NCBI GenBank assembly: GCA_034669905.1 | Contig: JAXMOL010000003.1 | Span: 1 to 64,000, forward strand | Origin: Candidatus Hydrogenedentota bacterium | GTDB taxonomy: Bacteria > Hydrogenedentota > Hydrogenedentia > Hydrogenedentales > JAEUWI01 | Length of the DNA stretch: 64,000 bases | Reading direction: 5' to 3' | Shown: in pieces, positions 27,843 through 36,801 of the stretch | Layout: every line of letters starts with the position of its first letter | How positions within the stretch are numbered: the stretch's first letter is position 1 | Program-made: the position numbers and the translations under genes | The notes under the pieces: generated by a model | What the model was told of the DNA's origin: nothing | The model's database searches: none | The model's input: only the letters and a program-made list of their open reading frames with translations

Positions 27843-28379
27843 ATGGGGCGGAGCAGATACAAAATTCACGATCCTAAGGCAATTCATTTTCTTACCTGTA
27901 CCGTGGTGAACTGGCTCCCGGTTTTTACCCGACCGGCAACGGTCGATGTGGTGCTGGACAGTTTTCGATACTTGCAGTCTTCGCGGGGACTCAAGCTCTA
28001 CGGCTATGTCATCTTAGAGAACCACCTGCATTGGATAGCTTCATCGGACGACTTGGTTCGCGATGTGAAGAACTTTAAGTCTTACACGGCAAAAGAGCTT
28101 CTTCGAACATTGAAATCGTTACACGCAGGAACATTGTTAGAGCAGCTTGCATTCTATAAGTCGCGGAGTAAGACCGATCGTGATTTTCAATTCTGGCAAG
28201 AGGGATCTCATCCACAAGAGATACAGAGTTGGGATATGCTCCGGCAAAAGCTTGACTATATACACGCGAATCCGGTGAATAGAGGCTATGTGGATTTTGC
28301 AGAACACTGGCGCTATTCCAGTGCGCGAGACTACGCGGAGGGTACAGGCCTGGTAGAGGTGTTCAAGGATTGGCGGTGA
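27843..28379 (+). mobile_element. REP-associated tyrosine transposase (RAYT; IS200-like Y1 HUH)
   Basis: HFLTCTV, YGYVILENHLHWI (HUH), FKSYTA, FWQEGSH, KLDYIHANPV (catalytic Tyr), WRYSSA; lower GC; flanked by palindromic repeats. Confidence 0.93.
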
Positions 28380-28413
28380 TACTTCGTTTTGCTTGTTCCC
28401 TCGCAGAGAGTAT

Positions 28414-28767
28414 CGCCTTTGGCGTTGCCGCCCACCTACGGTTCCGCTCCTGCGGGACAGGGCCTGCCTCGCGTCGTAGCGTGCCCACGGGTACTCCTCG
28501 CCTTCGGCGTTGCCGCGGGAGCGGCAAGGTCTGCATTCCTACGGGGGACCGTAGGAACGAGCGCGTAGACTTTCTCGTACTCTGGTCTTTCCCTCGTTAC
28601 CACGGTCCTCCGTGGTAATGCCTACGGTTCCGCTCCTGCGGGACAGGGCCTGCCTCGTGTTGTCGTGTGCCCACAGGTGCTCTTCGCCTTCGGTGTTGCC
28701 GCCCACCTACGGCGCGTCTACGACCCGCGGCAAGGTCTGCATTCCTGCGGAGGACCATATGAACGAG
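28414..28767. repeat. REP/REPIN-like cluster right of the transposase: REPs at 28533-28561 (inverted), 28593-28621, 28739-28767 (inverted)
   Basis: 28593-28767 is a near-identical 175-bp copy of 27529-27703. Confidence 0.9.
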
Positions 28768-28782
28768 CGCGTAGAGTGTGCC

Positions 28783-29259
28783 TCACCCCGACACCGCGTC
28801 GAGCAGGACCTTGATGACCACCTTGCGCACGGGAGCGGGGGTGTCGCCGACCAACTGCTGGGCGGTGTGTCCGTCGTCGGGGTAGAAGACCGAAAAGTAG
28901 CCGGGTCGATTAAACACCGTTCCCGTGACGTGGTCGGGACGGTCGAAAAGGAGGTAGTCGTTCTCGGCGTCGTAGGCCTTGTTCAGGGTCAGGCCGTCGC
29001 GGCTGAACCAGTCAATGGCTTCGGCGCCTTCCAGGGACATCTGGATGTCGATGTATTTTTCATGGGCCTCCACCGTCGTGCCTTCGGGGCCACGGGTGGG
29101 ATAGGACATGACCCGATAGAGCAGGGTGTCCCCGTCGATGGACACCAGGCCGTCGTTGTCGGCGCTGTCCTTGGGAAGCTGTTCGAGAAATTCAAAGGCC
29201 TGGGTCCACACGGGGCCCGAAAAATGTTGGCGCCAGTCGGCAAGTTTTGCGGCAATCAC
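28783..29259 (-). CDS. YhcH/YjgK/YiaL family protein
   Basis: EAHEKYIDIQMSLEGAEAI, FSVFYPDDGH, VRKVVIKV. Confidence 0.92.
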   Translation of the reverse strand: MIAAKLADWRQHFSGPVWTQAFEFLEQLPKDSADNDGLVSIDGDTLLYRVMSYPTRGPEGTTVEAHEKYIDIQMSLEGAEAIDWFSRDGLTLNKAYDAENDYLLFDRPDHVTGTVFNRPGYFSVFYPDDGHTAQQLVGDTPAPVRKVVIKVLLDAVSG

Positions 29260-29262
29260 GTA

Positions 29263-30189
29263 CTACGTCTCCTGGAGACCGAGGTCTCGCATTAAATTCT
29301 TCACCGCTTCACTTTCCATTTGAAGTCGGCACTGTGCGGTATAGGTACCCACGTGGGGCGTAAGGAGGGCCTGCTCATAATCGGTGAGTATCCCATGGTA
29401 GGGCTCCTCCCAGAAGGCATCAAACCACGTTCCTGCAACGATACCCGAATCGAGGGCGTCGAGCAAGGCTGATTCCTCCACCAGGCCACCCCGTGCCCCG
29501 TTCAAGAGCAGGGTGCCTGGTTTCATTTGCTTAAACTCGGGCGCGGCCAGAATACAGTCCTCGCCACTGGCGTGCAGGGAAATCGCATCGGCCTGGCTTA
29601 GCCCTTCGCCCAGCGTCACCGCGCGGATGCCCTCGGGCAGCCTATCTTCCCCTACGGCGGGATCACAGACCAGCACCTGGGCCCCGAAGGCCTGCAGCAG
29701 TTCGCCGGTCCGTCGCCCGATGCGGCCATAGCCAATCAAAAGCACGGTGGCACCCCGGAGGCCCAGACCTATGGACTTGGCCCATTCCCCACGATGGAGG
29801 GCCGCATTGGTGGGCAGGAGCTGGCGCGCCAGGGTCAACAGGGCGGTCAGGGTCATTTCGGCCACGGCGTCGACGGGTCCGTCGGGCGTGCTGGAGACCG
29901 CCACCCCCAAATCCGCCGCCGCGTCGAAGTCCACATTCGCGACGCCAATACCGACGCGGGCCAGGGCCTTGAGTCGGGGGTGTGCCGATTCGAGTACGGT
30001 GCGATTCAGGGGTTCCAGGCCCGCGATGAGGCCATCCACCCCTTCAAGGTGCGCGATGATTTCAGGTTCGGTCAAACGACGACCGAAAGGGTTGGGCTTG
30101 ATCGTAACGCCCGCGTCTTCCAACAGGCGGAGAGGCGTGGGGTCTTTCTCCGCAAAGGAGGAGGGGCCGATGGCGACAATGAGTGACAT
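29263..30189 (-). CDS. D-isomer 2-hydroxyacid dehydrogenase (phosphoglycerate dehydrogenase-like)
   Basis: ARVGIGVANVD, IGYGRIG, LLNGARGGLVEE, DAFWEEP, LTPHVG. Confidence 0.92.
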   Translation of the reverse strand: MSLIVAIGPSSFAEKDPTPLRLLEDAGVTIKPNPFGRRLTEPEIIAHLEGVDGLIAGLEPLNRTVLESAHPRLKALARVGIGVANVDFDAAADLGVAVSSTPDGPVDAVAEMTLTALLTLARQLLPTNAALHRGEWAKSIGLGLRGATVLLIGYGRIGRRTGELLQAFGAQVLVCDPAVGEDRLPEGIRAVTLGEGLSQADAISLHASGEDCILAAPEFKQMKPGTLLLNGARGGLVEESALLDALDSGIVAGTWFDAFWEEPYHGILTDYEQALLTPHVGTYTAQCRLQMESEAVKNLMRDLGLQET

Positions 30190-30203
30190 AGAAATTCCTT
30201 GGG

Positions 30204-31250
30204 TTAGGGGGCCGGTTGCTCGGGCGCCGCCGGACTGGCCATAAAGGAGGTGTCATCCTGATAGATGGCGTAAACCAATTCCATGGCCCGCAGGGCCTGC
30301 TCCGAGTTGCCCGACAGCACGGGGGTGTCGTTGTGGATGGCGGCGAAAAACGCTTCCAGCTCGGCGGCCCAACTGGGGTCTTCATCGAAATAAACCGTTT
30401 CCTCCGCTGGCGGCTGGCCACCCGCAGCATCCTCCGTGCCCTTGCGCGCAATGGTGAGGGTCTCATCGCCATAACTGCGCGAGCTGGTGAGGATGCCGTC
30501 CACCGAAAGATAGCCCTTGCTGAGATAGACTTCAAAGCTGAAGCGGTGTTTCCACTGCGTACTGCTGCTGTGTACCTGCGCGATGTGTCCCTGTGCATTG
30601 CGGAGCAGCGCGAAGGCGTTGTCTTCCACGCCTACGTCCCAATGGGCGGCCGTGACCATGCTCTTCACCTCCACCGGGTCCCCCATAAACATGCGGACCA
30701 GGTCGAGCATGTGGACCCCCTGATCGAGGAGGATACCACCACCGGCCAACGATTTGTCCGACCGCCACGCCGCACCCACGTCCGATTTGCCATAGATGCC
30801 GCGAATCCAAAGGAGTTCGCCGAGCCGTCCGCCCCGGGCGATGCGGTATGCCTCCTGAATGCCGGCATGAAAACGGTGATTAAATCCAAAGGCGAGCTTG
30901 CGCTCAGGGTGCCGCGCTTCCGCCGCCCGGATTCGCTCCACATCGGCCACGGTGCATCCCGGAGGCTTCTCCGCGAAGACGTGCTTTCCCGCTTCCAGGG
31001 CGGCAACCACTGTATCGGCCACGAGGGCATTGGGCACGCAGACAAAGACGACGTCCACATCCGACGCGATGACCCCGTCGCTGTCGCGGGCACAGGGGAT
31101 GTGGGGCCATTGCTGCCGAAAGGCTTCCGGGTTCGGGTCGTAGACCCGGACGAGGGCCACGTCATCACGCAGGGAAAGTTCCTCGGCGCGGAGGCAGCCC
31201 ATCTTGCCCAGGCCAATGATGCCGACCCGTATCGCCTTCGTCTGTGTCAT
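30204..31250 (-). CDS. Gfo/Idh/MocA family oxidoreductase
   Basis: VGIIGLGKMG, GKHVFAEKP, GFNHRF, GGGILLDQGVHMLD. Confidence 0.93.
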   Translation of the reverse strand: MTQTKAIRVGIIGLGKMGCLRAEELSLRDDVALVRVYDPNPEAFRQQWPHIPCARDSDGVIASDVDVVFVCVPNALVADTVVAALEAGKHVFAEKPPGCTVADVERIRAAEARHPERKLAFGFNHRFHAGIQEAYRIARGGRLGELLWIRGIYGKSDVGAAWRSDKSLAGGGILLDQGVHMLDLVRMFMGDPVEVKSMVTAAHWDVGVEDNAFALLRNAQGHIAQVHSSSTQWKHRFSFEVYLSKGYLSVDGILTSSRSYGDETLTIARKGTEDAAGGQPPAEETVYFDEDPSWAAELEAFFAAIHNDTPVLSGNSEQALRAMELVYAIYQDDTSFMASPAAPEQPAP

Positions 31251-31286
31251 GCGTGCTGGAGCGCCCTGGGTGAGGATTGCGATTGG

Positions 31287-31907
31287 TCAGTGATGGAGAT
31301 ATTTCCCGCGGGACATGGCGATGTAGGTAATCACCACGTGCCCCAGGATATTGAAGACATCTTCCACCGGGCCATACTCATCTTTGGTCGTGGGAATGAC
31401 CACGGAGATTTGACACTTCTCGGCCAGCCGTCCGCCATCAAAACCGGCATAGCCAATGGTCGTGGCACCATTCTCATTGGCGTAATCCACGGCCTGAATC
31501 AGGTTTTCGCTGTTGCCACTCACGGACATGGCGAGCACCACGTCGCCGGGGCGCATGTGGACCCGAAGCTGGTGGGAAAAGATGTGGTCAAAGCCCGCGT
31601 CGTTGCCCAGGGCGGTGACCGTCGCCACGTTGTCGGTGAGACAGAGGGTGCGGAGACGGGGCTTCTCCTCCAGAAAGCAGCCGGCCACCAGATCGTTGAC
31701 CAGGTGCGAGGCGGAAGCCGCACTGCCTCCATTGGCCATACTGAAAAGGGTGTTTCCCCGTTGACTGCATTGCTCGATGGCGTCAATGGTCGCTGCGATG
31801 GCATCTTTATCCAATACGTTCAGCAGTCCCGTCAGGCGGTCGGTGTAGGCCTGAAAATAGTCCTGGGCATTGGTGGCGGCGCCGTGAATCTCGGCAAGCT
31901 TGTTCAA
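31287..31907 (-). CDS. SIS domain sugar isomerase (GmhA-like)
   Basis: AAGGAG RBS before TTG 31907; NGGSAASASH, TALGND, SVSGNSEN, GFDGG, YGPVED. Confidence 0.88.
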   Translation of the reverse strand: MNKLAEIHGAATNAQDYFQAYTDRLTGLLNVLDKDAIAATIDAIEQCSQRGNTLFSMANGGSAASASHLVNDLVAGCFLEEKPRLRTLCLTDNVATVTALGNDAGFDHIFSHQLRVHMRPGDVVLAMSVSGNSENLIQAVDYANENGATTIGYAGFDGGRLAEKCQISVVIPTTKDEYGPVEDVFNILGHVVITYIAMSRGKYLHH

Positions 31908-32008
31908 TGAAATACTCCTTGATAGGGCACGTCTCAAGGGGACCTGCCGGGGTGTCGTCTGCGTATCGAAGCGGCCCTTGTAGCACGAGGGCGCCCGTCT
32001 TTTGGGGG

Positions 32009-33025
32009 TTAGGATTCCGGTCTTCGCGCCACCAGGCGCACATGGGAGCTCAGGCGATGCTTCTGCAGGAATGCCTGGAAATCCTGGTGTGCCAGGGGGC
32101 CCCGCTGGGTCAGGAGGGGCTTGGCGAAGGGGGGTAGCACCACCGTCGGATCGGCAGCGAGGGCCTGCAACACCAATTCCACATCCAATTGGCCGGGGGT
32201 GCTTAATTCTATCAGTTCCAGGCCGCACCGTTGTAGCAGAAGCTCCAGGCCTTCGATAGAGAGGAGATTCATATGCTCGGGCACGAAGATATAGGGCGCC
32301 TTATCCCACAAGACCTGAAGATCAAATCCCGAGCACGTGCGGGTCGTCAGGAAGAGGAGGCCCCCGGGCTTCAGGCGGTCGCGCAGGGTGCGCAAGAACT
32401 GCCCCGGAGCGGATTGATGCTCCAGTTTTTCAAAGGCGCTCACCGCATCCAGGGGGGGGAGCGCTTCGGCGAGGGCCACTCCCGTGACCCCTTCGAGGGG
32501 CACCTGGGGGGCGATCCCGATACAGGCGCCCAAACGCCCTTGCTCGGCCACTTCTTCCAGGATGGCCGCCGAATAAGGCTCCCAGTCACCGTAGGTGGGT
32601 TCTGCCAACTCCAGGTGGGTGTCTACCACCTGGGCAATCCAGGCAGCCCGGCTGCGGGCCAGATGAATACGGCGTTGGGATGCCGAGGCTTCACTGAACT
32701 GGGCCACACGGTAGCGGATGGCTTCCGAGTCGGCATAGTAGCGTGTGACATCGGCAACACGTGGTCGGGGGTTTACGTAGAGGCTACTGCAATGGTCACA
32801 CTGGGTGTAGGGAAAACCTTCTTTCACAAAGGCCGGGCTCGGTACATCCTGTCCGCAGGCCGTACAGGCCACGGCTTCCCACGTTGATTCCTCGCCCAGA
32901 AAGTGGGCCGCGTCGCGCAGAGAAAGGCGTTTGAATTCATTCAGCAGCGCCGGGGGACGGATGTCGGCGTCATGGAGCCCGCTCGAAAGGACGGTGTGCT
33001 TCGTGATGCGATGGCTGCCCGGCAT
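32009..33025 (-). CDS. Class I SAM-dependent methyltransferase-like protein with N-terminal Zn-ribbon
   Basis: CTACG...CDHC..YVNPRP; FEKLEH, LKPGGLLFLTT, PEHMN; SAM-binding motif I looks degenerate. Confidence 0.75.
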   Translation of the reverse strand: MPGSHRITKHTVLSSGLHDADIRPPALLNEFKRLSLRDAAHFLGEESTWEAVACTACGQDVPSPAFVKEGFPYTQCDHCSSLYVNPRPRVADVTRYYADSEAIRYRVAQFSEASASQRRIHLARSRAAWIAQVVDTHLELAEPTYGDWEPYSAAILEEVAEQGRLGACIGIAPQVPLEGVTGVALAEALPPLDAVSAFEKLEHQSAPGQFLRTLRDRLKPGGLLFLTTRTCSGFDLQVLWDKAPYIFVPEHMNLLSIEGLELLLQRCGLELIELSTPGQLDVELVLQALAADPTVVLPPFAKPLLTQRGPLAHQDFQAFLQKHRLSSHVRLVARRPES

Positions 33026-33176
33026 AATGCGCTCCAGAAAAAGGGGGCGTGGGGCGACAGGGCCACGCTCCAGAGCGGCAATTACACCACAGCGTGCTTC
33101 CGGGATGCAACGCCCGAAGGGGGCTGCACGACGTTTGGGCCTCGTAAATAAGAATACCGAAAAAGACCCCGGAAAG

Positions 33177-33205
33177 TTGACACGACAGATATTCCATGGT
33201 ACGTT
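33177..33205 (+). promoter_or_regulatory. Putative sigma70 promoter
   Basis: TTGACA-N17-TACGTT with TG extended -10. Confidence 0.55.
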
Positions 33206-33433
33206 TCTGACAATACACCGTTGGGGGAGCCGGGCGTCCGCGTGTGGTGCCCACCCACCATTAATGGAACCTTTTTGTGGGTTCCGGGATTGATCCCTCA
33301 GTTACGGTTTTTTCACCCCGTCAGGGGGTTTGCCGCCGACCTGTATCCCCCCTCGGCCGCCTGATGCCAACCCGCTGACGTAAATCCCTTTGCCGTTGGG
33401 GCGACGTGCATACCTATCCAGGAGCAGTTTCAA

Positions 33434-33829
33434 ATGGATAAGAATACTCACATAAGCGCTTTTGATGCCCTCGTTGACCGGGGCGTCGATCCAGGTGCCA
33501 TCAATGCCGATGCCATTCAAAACGAATGCCATACCATGGACACCCCTGCAACGGAGCCGAACGAAGATGCCGCGCCCGTCATTCTCACCGCCGAGGAAGA
33601 AGCCTGGCGTAGCGAGAAACTGGGCGAATTGTTTTGCCATGTGGAAATCATGGTGGACCGACTTCGCCATCTGGCGGAATCGGGATCCTTCGATGATTCT
33701 AATCGCGAGACCTTTGAAACGATCCAGCGGTTAAATTTGTCTGCCAAATCAATTCACCATCTTTCGGTACCTTCCGATGCCGTCATGTTGCATCGTTTCC
33801 ATCAACCCGATGCCTCGTGTGCCTCGTAG
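33434..33829 (+). CDS. Hypothetical protein (131 aa)
   Basis: AGGAG RBS; protein-like acidic composition. Confidence 0.7.
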   Translation: MDKNTHISAFDALVDRGVDPGAINADAIQNECHTMDTPATEPNEDAAPVILTAEEEAWRSEKLGELFCHVEIMVDRLRHLAESGSFDDSNRETFETIQRLNLSAKSIHHLSVPSDAVMLHRFHQPDASCAS

Positions 33830-33975
33830 CACGGGGTGACCGGATGGGGCGTGGGGTACGGCGACGTGTATTCACCCACGAAGACGCGGCCCATGGAGCG
33901 CCAGCGGCCCGCCGACATGGTACAGGTCACCCCTGACCGTATCCGGGGCCCATTGGAAACCAGCCTTTTACAAAG

Positions 33976-34009
33976 AAAAAGCCCGCACCAGATTGGTGCG
34001 GGCTTTTTT
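33976..34009. terminator. Bidirectional intrinsic terminator
   Basis: AAAAAGCCCGCACCA-GAT-TGGTGCGGGCTTTTTT between convergent genes. Confidence 0.92.
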
Positions 34010-34028
34010 AGTTGCTATCGAAATGGGA

Positions 34029-34631
34029 TCAGTCGATCTCTTTCAGCGTCGTGATGATCTTGGTCACCATGCCGTATTCCAGTGCCTCTTCGGCATTCAT
34101 CCAGAAGTTACGGTCACTGTCTTTGGCAATCTTCTCAACGGTCTGACCGGTCTCATTCGAAATGAGCTTATTGATGCGCTCCCGAATCTTGATGATTTCC
34201 TGGGCTTCAATACGGATATCGGAGGCCTGACCACCGGCACCGCCACTGGGCTGGTGCAACAGGAAGCGGGTGTTGGGGAGGGAATAGCGCTTGCCCTTGT
34301 CGCCACCAAAGAGGATTGGCACGGCAATGCTGGCCACCCAACCGGCACCGATCGTGATGACCGGTGACTCAATACAGCGCATGACATCGTGAATGGCATA
34401 GCCGGAATCCACGTGCCCACCCGGAGAGGTGATAATCACGCGAATCGGGTCGTGGGAGTCCGTGTTCAAGATGAACAGCTGGGTGATAACCTTCTCCGCA
34501 AGCTCCTGATCGACTGTGCCGGACACCATGATAGTCCGGGACTTGAGGAGCTTCTGCATCATGCCATCGGCACCGCCTTTGTCGTCTTTTTTCTTGTCGT
34601 CTTCTTCATCATCATGCCGAATGTAGGTCAT
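34029..34631 (-). CDS. clpP: ATP-dependent Clp protease proteolytic subunit (ClpP2-like)
   Basis: ITSPGG, VASIA (Ser), SLPNTRFLLHQP (His), GQASDI, AEEALEYG. Confidence 0.95.
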   Translation of the reverse strand: MTYIRHDDEEDDKKKDDKGGADGMMQKLLKSRTIMVSGTVDQELAEKVITQLFILNTDSHDPIRVIITSPGGHVDSGYAIHDVMRCIESPVITIGAGWVASIAVPILFGGDKGKRYSLPNTRFLLHQPSGGAGGQASDIRIEAQEIIKIRERINKLISNETGQTVEKIAKDSDRNFWMNAEEALEYGMVTKIITTLKEID

Positions 34632-34760
34632 TACAGGGTCTTTCTATGGGTGTCCATCGGGCGCCGCCGGGCCAGGGCCGGGGTCGGGATGGGTTGTCAC
34701 CGTGGATTGTTTTTTGCCGTACGTAGGACATCATATTGTGGCACTTTCCGCCAAATAGGT

Positions 34761-36587
34761 TCAAGGCAGGTAAAGTGCCACCGCCATAAATTCCCGCTGG
34801 ACCTCCGGCAGGTCCGCGAAAATCGGAGGGGTTATTTCGGGGCGGACCGGTTGGACGGCGATGGTGGTATCACCCCGTGCAAAGTCCATTTGCCACCCGC
34901 CCTGCTCCGTTCTGTAGAGCGGTTTCCAGACGGCGGCCAGCTCCGGGGAAAGGGGGGGCGCCGTTTCCAGGCCGGCGCGGGTCGTGCCGGGAAGCAACCG
35001 GGTGAGGGAAGCCGCCTCGCCCCCCGGCCAGCAGCTGCCCACCGCCAGCAGCGGGGGGGTGTCCGGCACCAGCTCTTCCGGGAGGCGCATGAACGCCACG
35101 TTTCCATCGGCCAGAAGTCCGGCCAGTGCGGGCGCATCCCAGTCGGCCAGTTTTGCTTCCAGGGTGGGCGCACCGAGCAGGGTGAGCACCGCATGGCGCA
35201 AAGTGGCCGTATCTTCATTCCAGAGGCCAATGGCGGTCGTTCGGCCGCGGCGGATTTCGAGCAGGTGGTAGACCTGGTCTACATCGCCATCGTGGGCCAG
35301 TGCCCGCTCAAAGTAAAAGGGGGCTTTCCCGGGGGACTGGGCCGATGCAAAGTCCCGGAGCGCGTTTCGAAAGGCCTGGCGGTTTCGGGCCTGGAAGGGA
35401 CTCTCCTCCGATTCAATCGGCGGGATGGCGGTGTATGCCGCAACGGCGGCCTGGGCCCAGCCCCGTGCCAACCGCGCCCGTGCCTGAAGGAGCATGTAGT
35501 TCGTTTCTTCGGGCTGCCGCGCCAGCAACGCGGCGAGGGTGCTATCGAGTTGACCCCATCGTCCCTCTTCCAGGAGGCGCTCACAGCGGGTGGCCTGGTT
35601 GCGGAGGTCGGCGGGGTGCAGTTCGGTAAATCCGAGCACCTGCACCACGATGCAGAGGGCGGGGAAGGCCCAAAGCATGCGGCGTGGCCGGGTTACTTCG
35701 AAGCCCGTCCAAGGGGTGTCCAGTGTTGCCGCCAGGCCCACGAGGAAGGCAAGGGCCAGGTGTGGCCGGGTCGCGAAGCCCAGGTGAAGCACGGTAAGCA
35801 GGAGCAGCGCGGCGGGGGCCACGCCTTGCCGGAGGTCCGCCCGCTCGTGGGAGAGCAAGAGGGTTCGGGCGGCACACCGCGCCACGATCCAGATGCCCAG
35901 CAGGATGGCCACAATCCATACCGCAGGAAGATCGGTGTAGGGGTAGGGCGCCCAGGACGCGAGTAACGTCGGGATAGCGGGGGCCAGCCAGGGGAGCCAG
36001 GTGGCCATGAGCAAGAGGCCCGCCCCACCCATTTTCCGCTGGGTGGGGGAGAAGCGGGGATGGAAGAGGGCGATACAATTGGCCATCAACCCGGTGGCAT
36101 AGAGGGACAGGCCAGCGGAAAGGGACTCGGGTCCCGCCAGCAGGAGATCGGTGGGTAGTGATACCACCGTAGGGGGAGCCCACGCACGGTCGGCGGCCAG
36201 GTGCAGGAGGGTGGCCAATCCCGTCGCCAGCCCCAGGGCGGTGATGGCGCGACAGGCCACCGTGCCGTGTGCCGCCAGGGTGAGCGGTACGAGGAAGGCG
36301 AAGATCAATTGGGTGCCATAAAGGGCGGCACTATGGCCGCCCGCCACGCCCGTCGCCGTAAACACGAAGAGCAGGGCGACAGCGGGCCACCAGTATTCAA
36401 AGGGGGGACGCAGCAGCCGCTCCGTACGCCAGACGAGGAGGGTCATCAGTCCCATTGCCAGCAGTATCAGGCCTACCAGGGGCAGGTTTACCCCGGGGAT
36501 AAGGGCATAGGCGCCGAAGGGGAGACTGAGCGCGAAGGCCGTGGGAAGGGAGAAGGCACTGCGATGAAGGGTGATCGGGTCAGTCAT
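34761..36587 (-). CDS. Polytopic membrane protein with TPR-like C-terminal region, function unknown
   Basis: Many hydrophobic segments in the first ~340 aa followed by a helical soluble region. Confidence 0.75.
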   Translation of the reverse strand: MTDPITLHRSAFSLPTAFALSLPFGAYALIPGVNLPLVGLILLAMGLMTLLVWRTERLLRPPFEYWWPAVALLFVFTATGVAGGHSAALYGTQLIFAFLVPLTLAAHGTVACRAITALGLATGLATLLHLAADRAWAPPTVVSLPTDLLLAGPESLSAGLSLYATGLMANCIALFHPRFSPTQRKMGGAGLLLMATWLPWLAPAIPTLLASWAPYPYTDLPAVWIVAILLGIWIVARCAARTLLLSHERADLRQGVAPAALLLLTVLHLGFATRPHLALAFLVGLAATLDTPWTGFEVTRPRRMLWAFPALCIVVQVLGFTELHPADLRNQATRCERLLEEGRWGQLDSTLAALLARQPEETNYMLLQARARLARGWAQAAVAAYTAIPPIESEESPFQARNRQAFRNALRDFASAQSPGKAPFYFERALAHDGDVDQVYHLLEIRRGRTTAIGLWNEDTATLRHAVLTLLGAPTLEAKLADWDAPALAGLLADGNVAFMRLPEELVPDTPPLLAVGSCWPGGEAASLTRLLPGTTRAGLETAPPLSPELAAVWKPLYRTEQGGWQMDFARGDTTIAVQPVRPEITPPIFADLPEVQREFMAVALYLP

Positions 36588-36750
36588 GGTGTGCGTGTTG
36601 AACCTGTGCCGATGGGCCCGTGAGTGGCTTTTCGGTGGCCATCCACGCGAGCGTGGCCAATAGGGCGACCAAAACGATCGCGATCAGCAAGGCCAGATGT
36701 CGCTCACGTTTATTGCGTTGGAGGGGCGCATCCGATGCGGAAGGATTCAT
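36580..36750 (-). CDS. Small single-TM protein (56 aa), absent from the ORF track
   Basis: MNPSASDAPLQRNKRERHLALLIAIVLVALLATLAWMATEKPLTGPSAQVQHAHHD; stop overlaps next start (ATGACTGA). Confidence 0.7.
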   Translation of the reverse strand: MNPSASDAPLQRNKRERHLALLIAIVLVALLATLAWMATEKPLTGPSAQVQHAHHD

Positions 36751-36801
36751 GGGTGGAAAGGTACTCCGGTTCCGGTTTCCGGGCAGTTGGATTAGATCGG
36801 C

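Noticed and set aside
27429..28767. Possible CRISPR array (29-nt palindromic repeats)
   Set aside because: Intervening sequences are copies of each other, orientation alternates, spacing is 100-175 nt, no cas genes; a RAYT sits in the middle
33255..33340. c-di-GMP-I riboswitch suggested by GGCAAACC on the minus strand
   Set aside because: No GNRA-capped P2 followed by GACGCAAAG and no recognisable P3
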